Source of the DNA: Alphaproteobacteria bacterium
GTDB taxonomy: Bacteria; Pseudomonadota; Alphaproteobacteria; MPNO01; UBA2964
Assembly (NCBI GenBank): GCA_009377375.1
Contig: WHUE01000007.1
Location: 2,816 to 66,815 of the forward strand
DNA: 64,000 nucleotides
Direction of reading: 5' to 3'
Notes under the pieces: model-generated
What the model saw: the letters and a program-made list of their open reading frames with translations, nothing else
The model's database searches: none
Told to the model about the DNA's origin: nothing
Position numbers and translations under genes: made by a program
Part shown: one piece after another, positions 55,728-64,000 of the stretch
How positions within the stretch are numbered: position 1 is the stretch's first letter
Layout: every line of letters begins with the position of its first letter

Positions 55728-56735
55728 TCAGCCGCCCGACGGCCGGTCCTGCAGCAGCACGATGCGGCCGCGCGCGCGGCGGTCCCGGATCGCGCCCAGC
55801 GCCTCCCGGACGGCATCCAGCGGCATCGTCGCTGTCGGCGGGGGCCCGATCTTTCCGGCTTCGTACAGGGCGAAGAGCTGTTCGAAACAGGCCGCCGTCC
55901 GTTCCGGCGCGCGCTTGCGGTAGTCGCCGATCTGAAGCCCGCAGACATCGATGTTGCGGACCAGCAGGTAGTTGGTCTTCACCGTCGGGATCGCCCCCGC
56001 CGCAAAGCCGACGACCACCATCCGCCCGCACCAGGCGAGGGCGCGGATCGCCGCCTCGAAATAGCGGTCGCCGAGCGGATCGATCACGATATCGGCCCCC
56101 GCTCCGCCCGTGACCGCATGGACCTGGTCGCGCAGGGAATCGCGGAGATCGTCGCGGTCCAGCTCGATGATCGCATCGGCCCCGGCCTCGCGCGCCATAT
56201 CGGCCTTGGCGGGGTCCGACACGCCGGCCAGCGCGGTCCCGCCCAGCGCCTTGACCAGCCGGATCGCGGCCAGCCCCACCCCGCCGGTCCCGCCGAGCAC
56301 CAGCACGGTCTCCCCGGCGGCGTAGCGGCCGCGCTCGCACAGCGAGAACCACGCGGTGTCATAGATCAGCGCCATCGACGCCGCGTCGGCGAACGGCATG
56401 GAATCGGGGATACGATAGACCTGCGTCTCCGGCACGGCGATCAGCTCCGCATAGCCGCCGCCGGGCTCGCACATCGCCAGCACCCGGTCGCTCGGCGAAA
56501 ATTCCGTGACCGCGGCGCCGACGGCCCGGACCACGCCGGCGGGGCCCTTGCCCGGGATGTAGGGCAGCGGCGGGCGGGACTGGTGCTTGCCGCCGATCAG
56601 CAGGATGTCGACATAGTTCGCGGCGGTCGCATGCACCTCGACCAGCACGTCGCGCGGACCGGGCACAGGGTCCGGCGCTTCGTCCAGCACCGCGTTCTGC
56701 AGCCCGCCGAATTCGTGGACGACGACGGCGCGCAT
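55728..56735 (-). CDS. NADPH:quinone oxidoreductase family (MDR) protein
   Basis: MRAVVV, NYVD, YIPG, VLVLGGTGGVG, GRMVVVGFAAG. Confidence 0.9.
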   Translation of the reverse strand: MRAVVVHEFGGLQNAVLDEAPDPVPGPRDVLVEVHATAANYVDILLIGGKHQSRPPLPYIPGKGPAGVVRAVGAAVTEFSPSDRVLAMCEPGGGYAELIAVPETQVYRIPDSMPFADAASMALIYDTAWFSLCERGRYAAGETVLVLGGTGGVGLAAIRLVKALGGTALAGVSDPAKADMAREAGADAIIELDRDDLRDSLRDQVHAVTGGAGADIVIDPLGDRYFEAAIRALAWCGRMVVVGFAAGAIPTVKTNYLLVRNIDVCGLQIGDYRKRAPERTAACFEQLFALYEAGKIGPPPTATMPLDAVREALGAIRDRRARGRIVLLQDRPSGG

Positions 56736-58417
56736 CAGCCGGCGTTCGCCGCGTCCGGGCGGGCGGCGCGCACCGGCGCGGGCGTCACCTTTCCGTCGCG
56801 GATCCAGTCCAGGATGTCGCGTTTCCGGATCTTGCCGTTGCTCATCAGCGGAATGTCGTCCAGCGCCAGCGCGTATTCCGGCATGTCGTAGCGCGACAGG
56901 CCCTGCGCCGCCAGATGCGCCAGCACTGCGTCGAAATCGGCTTCGCGCCCGGCGCGGAACATGACGGCGAGGCATAGCCGCTCGCCCAGCCGCTCGTCGG
57001 CGACGGGCAGCGCGGCGGCGCGTTCGACCGCGGCATGGCGCATGGCCAGTTCCTCTATCCGTTCGGGGTTGATGTTGTGGCCGCCGCGGATGATGACCTC
57101 CTTCCGGCGCCCGGTCAGGCGCAGATAGCCGGCCGCATCCACCCAGCCCAGATCGCCGGTCATGAACCAGCCGCGGCCGTTGAACGCGGACTCGGAGGCC
57201 GCCTGGTCGTCGTAATAGCCGAGCATCAGGCTCGCCCCCTTCCCGCCCACCAGCCCGGTCTCGCCGACCGGCAGTTCGCGGTCGGGATCGTCCGGGTCGA
57301 AGATACGAATCTCGTAGCCCGGGCAGGCGCGGCCGCAGCTCTCCATGATCAGCGCGGCATCGTCCTCGGGATAGGTGTACTGGTGCCCGTTGGTCTCCGT
57401 CATGCCGTAGCCGCTCTGCGGCGTCACCCCGGCCTCGATCAGCCCGGCAAAGACCGTCTTCGGCGCCGCCGCGCCGGAGATGCGGAACCCGGTGACATCG
57501 CCCAGCCGGTCCATTCCCCGCGCCCGCATCTCGCCCAGCAGGTCGATGGCGTGGGTCGGCACCCCCACCAGATAGGTCGCGCCGACAGCGATCAGGCGCT
57601 CGATCAGGCTTTCGGCGCGGGTGCGGTCGTGGATCGTGAACTCCGCTCCGCCATAGAGCGTGGTCAGCAGCGCGCCCATGCCGAGATTGTGGCTGAACGG
57701 GCTCAGCGAATAGACCACCGATCCCGGCCCGATGCGCCAGGCCGACGAGATGCCGCGCGCGGTCACGAGTTGCGTGTTGTCGGAGTGCATCACCCCCTTG
57801 GGCCGCCCGGTGGAGCCGGAGGTGAAGGCGAGATAGCTGACCCGGTCCGGATCGTCGACCGGCGGCGGGCACTCCCCCGGCGAATCGAGCAGCGCGCCGG
57901 CGAAGGGCGGGCCCGGATCGGCCTCTGCCCCCGCCGCGGCGATGCGGTAGACGTGGCGCAGCGAGGGCAGCGCAGCGAGCGCGGCATCGATATCGGCGGT
58001 TGCCGCATCGGCGCCGAACCCGGTCTGGTGGATGAAGGCGGCGGCGCGCATCCGCTCCAGCAACGCGGCGATCTCCGCCACGGTGTGATTGCGGTGCGGC
58101 GACGGGCAGACGACATAGCCGTTGCGCGAGCAGGCCAGCACGGCGACCGCGCTTTCGATCCGGTCCGGCATCCAGAAGGCGACGCGCTGCGACGGGCGCA
58201 CCCCGCGCGCGCGCAGATCGGCGGCCAGCGCGTCGGCCGCCGCCACAAGCTGCCGGTAGGACAGGCGGCGGAACCGGTCTCGGATCGCCGGCGCATCGGG
58301 CGTGCCCCGGGCACGGTCGTGCGCGACGCCGTAGATGGTGCGGTCGCCCCAGTGACCCCGGCGATGGAACTCTGCCGCCGCTTCCGGGTTCAGAAGCGAC
58401 AGGATGGTCGAATTCAT
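56735..58417 (-). CDS. Acyl/aryl-CoA ligase (class I adenylate-forming enzyme)
   Basis: FTSGSTGRPKGVMH, GYGMTE, WFMTGDLG, GRRKEVIIRGGHNI, GKIRK. Confidence 0.92.
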   Translation of the reverse strand: MNSTILSLLNPEAAAEFHRRGHWGDRTIYGVAHDRARGTPDAPAIRDRFRRLSYRQLVAAADALAADLRARGVRPSQRVAFWMPDRIESAVAVLACSRNGYVVCPSPHRNHTVAEIAALLERMRAAAFIHQTGFGADAATADIDAALAALPSLRHVYRIAAAGAEADPGPPFAGALLDSPGECPPPVDDPDRVSYLAFTSGSTGRPKGVMHSDNTQLVTARGISSAWRIGPGSVVYSLSPFSHNLGMGALLTTLYGGAEFTIHDRTRAESLIERLIAVGATYLVGVPTHAIDLLGEMRARGMDRLGDVTGFRISGAAAPKTVFAGLIEAGVTPQSGYGMTETNGHQYTYPEDDAALIMESCGRACPGYEIRIFDPDDPDRELPVGETGLVGGKGASLMLGYYDDQAASESAFNGRGWFMTGDLGWVDAAGYLRLTGRRKEVIIRGGHNINPERIEELAMRHAAVERAAALPVADERLGERLCLAVMFRAGREADFDAVLAHLAAQGLSRYDMPEYALALDDIPLMSNGKIRKRDILDWIRDGKVTPAPVRAARPDAANAG

Positions 58418-58530
58418 ATGGTCTGCCCCGGGATGCGCGGTCCGGCGCCGCCACGGGCGGGAGCCCGGTGGCATGGCGTTTCCGATGTGGGCTAGTATCC
58501 CCGGAACCGCAGAGGAGATCAACGGAACCA

Positions 58531-59502
58531 ATGGCGAAACCGCGCTTCACCAGGGGGCTGCACGACCTGGGCAACGGCTGCTGGGCGTATCTGCAGCCCG
58601 ACGGAAGCTGGGGATGGAGCAATGCGGGGCTGATCGTCGACGGCGAGGAGACGCTGCTGGTCGACACGCTGTTCGACCTGAAGCTCACCGCCGAGATGCT
58701 GGAGACGATGCGCGGCGCCGTCCCGGCGGCGGCGGAGATCGGCACGCTTGTCAACACCCATGCCAACGGCGATCACACCTACGGCAACCAGCTTGCGGCG
58801 GGCGCGCGCATCGTCGCCTCGAAAGCCTGCCGCGACGAGATGGAGCGCCGCCCGCCGGAAGCCTTCATCCGTTTCGTCAGGAACTGGCGCGATCACGGCG
58901 AATCCGGCGCCCTGATACACGAGCTGATGGGCCGCAAGTTCGACTTCGAGGGCATCGAGAACACGTTGCCGACCGAGACCTTCGAGCAGGATTTCACGCT
59001 GACCGTCGGCGACCGGCGCGTAGAGTTGCACAATGTGGGCCCGGCGCATACGCGCGGCGACGTGCTGGTGCATGTGCCGGCAGACCGGACCGTCTTCACC
59101 GGCGATGTGATCTTCGCCGAGGGCCACCCGATCATCTGGGCGGGGCCGGTGGAGAACTGGCTCGCCGCCTGCGACCGCATCCTGGGATGGGACGTGGAAA
59201 CGATCGTGCCCGGCCACGGCCCGGTCTGCGGCAAGGAGGGCGTGCGCGAGTTGCGGCTCTACCTGACCGCGCTGCGCGACGCGGCGAAGGCCCGGTTCGA
59301 GTCCGGCATGAGCTGGACCGACGCGGCGGAGGAAATCGTCGTCGACCATTTCACCCACTGGCTCGACCGCGAGCGGGTGTTCATCAACGTCGCCATGCTC
59401 TACCGCCAGTTCACCGGCGGCGCGCTGAAGCTCAGCGTCACCGAGATCTACGAGCCGATGGCCGCCTGGTTCTGGGCCCATAGCGGGCACGCGCACCCGT
59501 AA
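58531..59502 (+). CDS. Metallo-beta-lactamase-fold hydrolase (cyclase-like)
   Basis: WGWSNAGLI, NTHANGDHTYGN, AHTRGD, FTGDV, VPGHGP. Confidence 0.87.
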   Translation: MAKPRFTRGLHDLGNGCWAYLQPDGSWGWSNAGLIVDGEETLLVDTLFDLKLTAEMLETMRGAVPAAAEIGTLVNTHANGDHTYGNQLAAGARIVASKACRDEMERRPPEAFIRFVRNWRDHGESGALIHELMGRKFDFEGIENTLPTETFEQDFTLTVGDRRVELHNVGPAHTRGDVLVHVPADRTVFTGDVIFAEGHPIIWAGPVENWLAACDRILGWDVETIVPGHGPVCGKEGVRELRLYLTALRDAAKARFESGMSWTDAAEEIVVDHFTHWLDRERVFINVAMLYRQFTGGALKLSVTEIYEPMAAWFWAHSGHAHP

Positions 59503-59573
59503 GCCGCCCTTTCGCCCCGGCGGCAATCGCTGGTATCTTCCCGTCTCCGCGCAACGAACCCGAGAGGCCCCAG

Positions 59574-59990
59574 GTGCCGCAGAAGATCACGCGGTCCGCG
59601 AAACAGCTCGTCGCCGAAGCCGAGGCGGCGGTGCGCACGCTGACCATAGACGAAGCGCTGGCGATGCACGGGCGGGAAGACGTCGTCTTCATCGACCTCC
59701 GAGACGTGCGAGAGCTGGCGAAAACCGGGCGCGTGGCCGGCGCGCGCCACGTGCCCCGCGGCATGCTGGAATTCTGGATCGACCCGGAGACCAGCTATCA
59801 CAAGCCGTTCTTCGCGGAGGACAAGACCTTCGTCTTCTACTGCGCCGGCGGGCTCCGCTCCGCGCTGTCGGCGAAGACGGCGCAGGACATGGGGCTGTCG
59901 CCGGTCGCCCATATCGCCGGCGGCATGGCGGCGTGGCTGGAGGCGAAGGGCCCGATCGACCCGCCGAAGGACAGCGGGGAAAAATCGTGA
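59574..59990 (+). CDS. Single-domain rhodanese-like protein
   Basis: IDLRDVRE, RGMLEFW, FYCAGGLRS, IAGGMAAW; GTG start. Confidence 0.88.
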   Translation: MPQKITRSAKQLVAEAEAAVRTLTIDEALAMHGREDVVFIDLRDVRELAKTGRVAGARHVPRGMLEFWIDPETSYHKPFFAEDKTFVFYCAGGLRSALSAKTAQDMGLSPVAHIAGGMAAWLEAKGPIDPPKDSGEKS

Positions 59991-61402
59991 CCGGCGGCGC
60001 GCGCGGCAACGACTACACCCCCGACCTGCGCGGCTTCATCGCCTATCTGGAGGCGGAGCACCCGGAGGAGGTCGTGCGCATCTCGGCCGAGGTGGACCCG
60101 AAATTCGGGGTTTCCGGAATTCTGCACCGGCTGGAGAAGGACGAGAAGTTCCCGCTGGTGATCTTCGAGAACGTCAAGGGATCGAAGATCCCGCTGGTCG
60201 CCAACATGCATGCAGGGTTCGAGCGGCTGCGCTACGGCATCGGGCTGGAGGACGGGACCATCAAGGAGTTCCTCGCCGAGTGCGCGCAGCGCGAGGCGAA
60301 GCCGATCCCGCCGGTATCGGTGGAGTCCGGGCCGGTGCAGGAGGTGGTGGTCACCGGGGACGATGTCGACGTCACCGAACTGCCCGTCTGCACCTATCAC
60401 GAGAAGGACGCCGGGGCGTACATCACCGCCGGGCTCGCGCTGATGCGCGATCCGGATACCGGCATCAACAATATCGGCATCTACCGCCACCAGGTGCACG
60501 AGAAGAACCTGCTCGGCATCCAGGTGTCGGAAACCGCCGACGCCAACGTGATCTGGAAGAAGTTCGAGAGCCGGGGCGAGCCCTGCCCCATCGCCATCAT
60601 CATCGGTCACCACCCGGCCTTCTTCATCGGCTCGCTCGCCTTCTCGCCGATGGATTCGGACGAGCTGCACCTCGCCGGCGCGATGCTGCAACGCCCGGTG
60701 CCGCTGGTCCCCTGCAAGACCATTCCGCTCGACGTGCCGGCGGACGCCGAGATCGTGCTGGAATGCGTGACCCGGCCGGGCGAGCGGCGCAAGGAGGCGC
60801 CGTTCGGCGAGTATCCCGGCACCTACGGCCCGCAGCGCATGAACCCGGTGCTGGAGATCAAGGCGATCACGCGGCGCAGGGACGCGCTCTACCAGAACGC
60901 CTTCGTCGGCCATGCGGACAATCTGCTGCTGTCCGGCATCATCCGCACCACCTTCATCGAGAACACGGTGAAGATCGCCTGCCCCACCGTGCGCAAGGTC
61001 GCAGTGCCGCGTTCCGGCCGGTTCCGCTTCATGTGCTTCATCGCCATAAGGAAGATGATGGAGGGCGAGTCCAAGCAGGCGGCGATGGCCGCCTTCGTCG
61101 CCGACCCGTTCCTGAAATTCGTGGTCGTCGTGGACGAGGATGTCGACGTCTACAACGACACCGAGGTCTTTCACGCCATCGCCACGCGCGTGCGCGCCGA
61201 CCGCGACATCTTCATGGTGCCCTACGCCAAGGGCTCGCCACTGGACCCGGCGTCCTACGATCCCGCCGGCGGCTCGCATCTCGTGACCAAGACCGGCATC
61301 GACGCGACCCGCAAGGACAACTATCCCGACGAGATTTACGTGCCGGGCAACGAGAACATCGACATGGCGAAATACATTCCCGGCTACGACGCCGGGCGAT
61401 AA
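59987..61402 (+). CDS. UbiD-family (prFMN-dependent) decarboxylase
   Basis: DLRGFIAYLE, GIYRHQV, EAPFGEYPGTY, VVVVDEDVD, GSPLDP, KTGIDAT; GTGA overlap with the rhodanese gene. Confidence 0.92.
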   Translation: MTGGARGNDYTPDLRGFIAYLEAEHPEEVVRISAEVDPKFGVSGILHRLEKDEKFPLVIFENVKGSKIPLVANMHAGFERLRYGIGLEDGTIKEFLAECAQREAKPIPPVSVESGPVQEVVVTGDDVDVTELPVCTYHEKDAGAYITAGLALMRDPDTGINNIGIYRHQVHEKNLLGIQVSETADANVIWKKFESRGEPCPIAIIIGHHPAFFIGSLAFSPMDSDELHLAGAMLQRPVPLVPCKTIPLDVPADAEIVLECVTRPGERRKEAPFGEYPGTYGPQRMNPVLEIKAITRRRDALYQNAFVGHADNLLLSGIIRTTFIENTVKIACPTVRKVAVPRSGRFRFMCFIAIRKMMEGESKQAAMAAFVADPFLKFVVVVDEDVDVYNDTEVFHAIATRVRADRDIFMVPYAKGSPLDPASYDPAGGSHLVTKTGIDATRKDNYPDEIYVPGNENIDMAKYIPGYDAGR

Positions 61403-61437
61403 GAGCCGGGACTCCGGTTCAGGCAAAGGGAGGACTC

Positions 61438-62430
61438 ATGGGCCGGCTGAACCTGACCGTCGCGACCTGGGATTACGACCGCGTGCGCGCGCTGATGGAC
61501 GGGCGCGTGAAGATCGAGGGATGCGAGATCAACTACATCCCGATCCCGGTGGAGGAGGTCTTCCACCGCGCCTATTTCCACACCGAGTTCGACATCGCCG
61601 AGATCGGGTTCAGCCCGTTCCTGATCGCGCTGTCCCGCGGCATCGCGCCCTACACGGCGGTGCCCGCCTTCCTGTCCCGCACCTTCCGCCATTCGGCGGT
61701 CTATATCCGCACCGACCGCGGCATCGAGGGCCCGGCGGACCTGAAGGGCCGGCGAGTCGGCGTGCCCGAGTACCAGATGTCGGCGGTGCTGTGGTTCCGC
61801 GGCGTGCTGAAGGACGAGCACGGCATCGAGGCGGCCGACGTAAACTGGGTTCAGGCCGGGCTGGAGCAGGCCGGGCGCGCGGACAAGTTCCCGCTGAACC
61901 TGCCCGACGGCTTCCCGCTGGAAGCCGCGCCGGCGGGACGGTCGCTGTCCGCGATGCTGGCCGACGGCGAAGTGGACGCGCTGATGTCGGCGCGGGCGCC
62001 GAGCTGCTTCATCGAGGGCCACCCGAAGGTGCGCAGGCTGTTTCCCGATTTCCGCACCGAGGAGAAGGCGTATTTCCGCCGCACCGGGATATTCCCGATC
62101 ATGCATGCCGTCGGCATCCGCAACGAGCTGGTGGCCGAGCACCCGTGGCTGCCGGCGAGCGTGTTCAAGGCATTCAGCGCGGCCAAGAAGATCGCGGACG
62201 CGGAGTTCCGCGAGGTCGCCGCGCTGAAGATCGGATTGCCCTGGCTGGCGGCCGAGCTGGAATCGACCATAGAGACGATGGGCGCGGATTTCTGGCCCTA
62301 CGGCGTCGCGCCGAACCGCGTGACGCTGGAGGCGATGGCCCGCTATTCCTTCGAGCAGGGCCTCGCCATCCGCCGGCTCACCCCGGAGGAGATGTTCGCC
62401 CCGACCACGCTGGACGAAACCAGGGTCTGA
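61438..62430 (+). CDS. 4,5-dihydroxyphthalate decarboxylase-like (PhtD/OphC-like, SBP fold) protein
   Basis: YDRVRALMDGRV, FLSRTFRHS, DLKGRRVGVPEYQ, TGIFPIMH, WPYGV..NR. Confidence 0.82.
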   Translation: MGRLNLTVATWDYDRVRALMDGRVKIEGCEINYIPIPVEEVFHRAYFHTEFDIAEIGFSPFLIALSRGIAPYTAVPAFLSRTFRHSAVYIRTDRGIEGPADLKGRRVGVPEYQMSAVLWFRGVLKDEHGIEAADVNWVQAGLEQAGRADKFPLNLPDGFPLEAAPAGRSLSAMLADGEVDALMSARAPSCFIEGHPKVRRLFPDFRTEEKAYFRRTGIFPIMHAVGIRNELVAEHPWLPASVFKAFSAAKKIADAEFREVAALKIGLPWLAAELESTIETMGADFWPYGVAPNRVTLEAMARYSFEQGLAIRRLTPEEMFAPTTLDETRV

Positions 62431-62576
62431 GCTTCGAGACGACGCCGCCTCCCCCGCCGACCGTGATCATGCTGTGATCGCACTTCCGCGCACGCGCCAC
62501 GAGGCTCATTTCTGCTCAGGTTCAGGGCAGGCCGGACCGCCTGCCCTTTCGCGCGCTGTCACGGGCAGGTGCAGGA

Positions 62577-63122
62577 TTGCACGCAGCCATAACCCGACCG
62601 ATCTCTCCGCATCCGGCAGCCCCGTTGGCAGCAGCCGCCCTGTTTATGCTGGCCGGGTGCGCCAGCGAGCCGGTGCCCCAGGATATCCTTCAGGTGAACG
62701 AGAGCGTCAACGCCGAGATCGCGTTTCGGAACGATCCTGCCGGTTCCGTCGCCACGCTGGATCCGGTCTACGGCGACTGCGAGGATTACGCCATCACCAA
62801 GCTCGACAGGCTGCTGCGCCGTGGCTGGGCGATCGACCGGTTCAGGCTTGTCGTCTTCGAGACCGGGAACGGCGTGAACCATGCCGTTCTCCTCGCCAGA
62901 ACCGAAGGCGGAACCGTCTACAGCCTCGATAACAGGGTCCGGTCCGCCCGCGTCTGGAACGAACGGGAGCCTCTTCTGCTGGATATAGCGGGGGACCGGC
63001 TGACCGGTCTCCTCGCGGTCGTCCGTGGCCAGCGGCAGCTCGGGCGCCCCGCGGGCACCGGACTCGCCGATCTGCCGCACCTTCCGGCCGGGGCTCCGCC
63101 GCAGGCGTCTCCGCGGGAATGA
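62577..63122 (+). CDS. Transglutaminase-like cysteine peptidase (BTLCP), putative lipoprotein
   Basis: LAGC lipobox; GDCEDYAITK; HAVL; LDN (Cys-His-Asp triad). Confidence 0.75.
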   Translation: MHAAITRPISPHPAAPLAAAALFMLAGCASEPVPQDILQVNESVNAEIAFRNDPAGSVATLDPVYGDCEDYAITKLDRLLRRGWAIDRFRLVVFETGNGVNHAVLLARTEGGTVYSLDNRVRSARVWNEREPLLLDIAGDRLTGLLAVVRGQRQLGRPAGTGLADLPHLPAGAPPQASPRE

Positions 63123-63137
63123 TCCGGCGCCTGCTCC

Positions 63138-64000
63138 TCACCCGCCGGTGAACTCGCGGATCACCTCCAGCGCCAGGCGCTTCTCCTCGTCCGACCCGAA
63201 CACCTCGATCACCGGCTCCTCCACCCCGGCGTCGATATAGGCCTGGAGCCCGGCGCGGCATTCGGCGGGGGTGCCGGCGACGCTGAACCGCTGCACGGCC
63301 TCGGCCGGGATCAGCGCGGCGGCTTCCTCCAGCCGGCGCTGCTCCACGAGCTGCATGATCGCCGCGTGGTCGATGGGCATGCCCGCCGATGCGATGTTCT
63401 CCGCCTGCGCGGCGTTGCGGAACAGGAAGGCGAGCTTCAGCCGGTTGGACTGGATGGCGGTCGTGCCGTCCTCCGAACAGGCGAAATAGACGAAGCCGGC
63501 CTTGCGCACCTCCACCGTCCGCCGCCCGGCCGCGGCCACGCCTTCGTCGGCATGGGCGGCGCAGCGCTTCACATAGTCCACCGACAGCCCGCCGGAGAAC
63601 AGCACCCCGTCCGCGACCCGGCCCGCCAGGTGCAGCACCTGCGGCCCGGTGGAGGCGATGAAGATCGGAATATCCTCCGGCGGCGTGAACGCCATCCGCG
63701 CGCCGCGGAGCTGCCAGACAAGCCCTTCCTGGTGCACCGTCTCGCCCCGCCAGAGCGCGCGCAGCGCCTCGACATATTCGCGGATCACGCGGACCGGCTT
63801 CTCCGGCTTCGGCACGCCGGATTCGCGCAGGTTCAGGAAGTTGCCGACCGACACGCAGATGCCGACCCGGCCCGGCGCGGTCTCGGCCATGGTGGCGAAC
63901 TGCATCGCCGTCGGCATCGGGTGCCACAGATAGGGCATGACCGCGGTGGGGATCACCATCGCGCGCTCGGTCTTCATCAGGAAGGCCATGCAGGACACCG
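63138..64000 (-). CDS. Luciferase-like (LLM) flavin-dependent oxidoreductase, 5' end outside the window
   Basis: PGRV.I.VSVG, IREYVEALRALWRGE, IPIFIASTGPQVLHLAGRVADG. Confidence 0.85.
   Translation of the reverse strand, partial: VSCMAFLMKTERAMVIPTAVMPYLWHPMPTAMQFATMAETAPGRVGICVSVGNFLNLRESGVPKPEKPVRVIREYVEALRALWRGETVHQEGLVWQLRGARMAFTPPEDIPIFIASTGPQVLHLAGRVADGVLFSGGLSVDYVKRCAAHADEGVAAAGRRTVEVRKAGFVYFACSEDGTTAIQSNRLKLAFLFRNAAQAENIASAGMPIDHAAIMQLVEQRRLEEAAALIPAEAVQRFSVAGTPAECRAGLQAYIDAGVEEPVIEVFGSDEEKRLALEVIREFTGG

Noticed and set aside
58531-59990. MBL + rhodanese as an ETHE1-type persulfide dioxygenase module
   Set aside because: The MBL motif (THANGDH, WGWSNAG) is cyclase-like and lacks the THxHADH PDO signature.
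1-64000. Long alternative-frame ORFs (e.g. 4090-6126, 20262-22616, 31976-33856, 37061-39298, 52207-53973, and the N-terminal part of 55728-58766)
   Set aside because: Antisense or shifted-frame shadows of well-supported genes in GC-rich DNA; Arg/Ala/Gly/Pro-rich with no family motifs.
1-64000. CRISPR arrays, IS elements, prophage, rRNA, and additional selenoproteins
   Set aside because: No regularly spaced repeats, transposase, integrase or phage motifs seen. The other redox genes (AhpC, AhpD, rhodanese) encode Cys and look full length. A systematic TGA read-through search was not possible by eye.

Overview
High-GC alphaproteobacterial chromosomal segment (taxonomy inferred from gene content). 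I found no IS, integrase, prophage, rRNA or CRISPR. In order it contains: (1) a signalling and oxidative-stress block, 0.4-11.7 kb: CHASE3/HWE kinase, two single-domain receivers, ahpD-ahpC, a SAM-methyltransferase/ATP-grasp fusion, a three-gene phosphorelay headed by a tandem FixL-type PAS kinase, and Fe/Mn-SOD; (2) an aromatic/heterocycle catabolic cluster with TTT and TRAP transporters, 11.8-22.5 kb; (3) cobalamin riboswitch with metE, a cupin and opgG/D-opgH; (4) a second redox-enzyme cluster; (5) a selenocysteine locus, selA-selB-selC, divergent from a peroxiredoxin-like gene that the ORF track truncates but which reads through an in-frame TGA (UxxC) followed by a SECIS-like hairpin; (6) an iron-uptake island with tonB-exbD-exbD-exbB, two PepSY-TM genes, two TonB-dependent transducers, fecIR and four Fur-alpha-like boxes, in which the promoter, signal peptide and STN signalling domain are duplicated onto two otherwise unrelated receptors; (7) a CoA ligase / MBL / rhodanese / UbiD / PhtD-like cluster. 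The strongest finds are the hidden selenoprotein and the shared-signalling-domain receptor pair. All product calls come from motif recognition by eye; no database searches were run. Several start codons were re-picked from the raw sequence.
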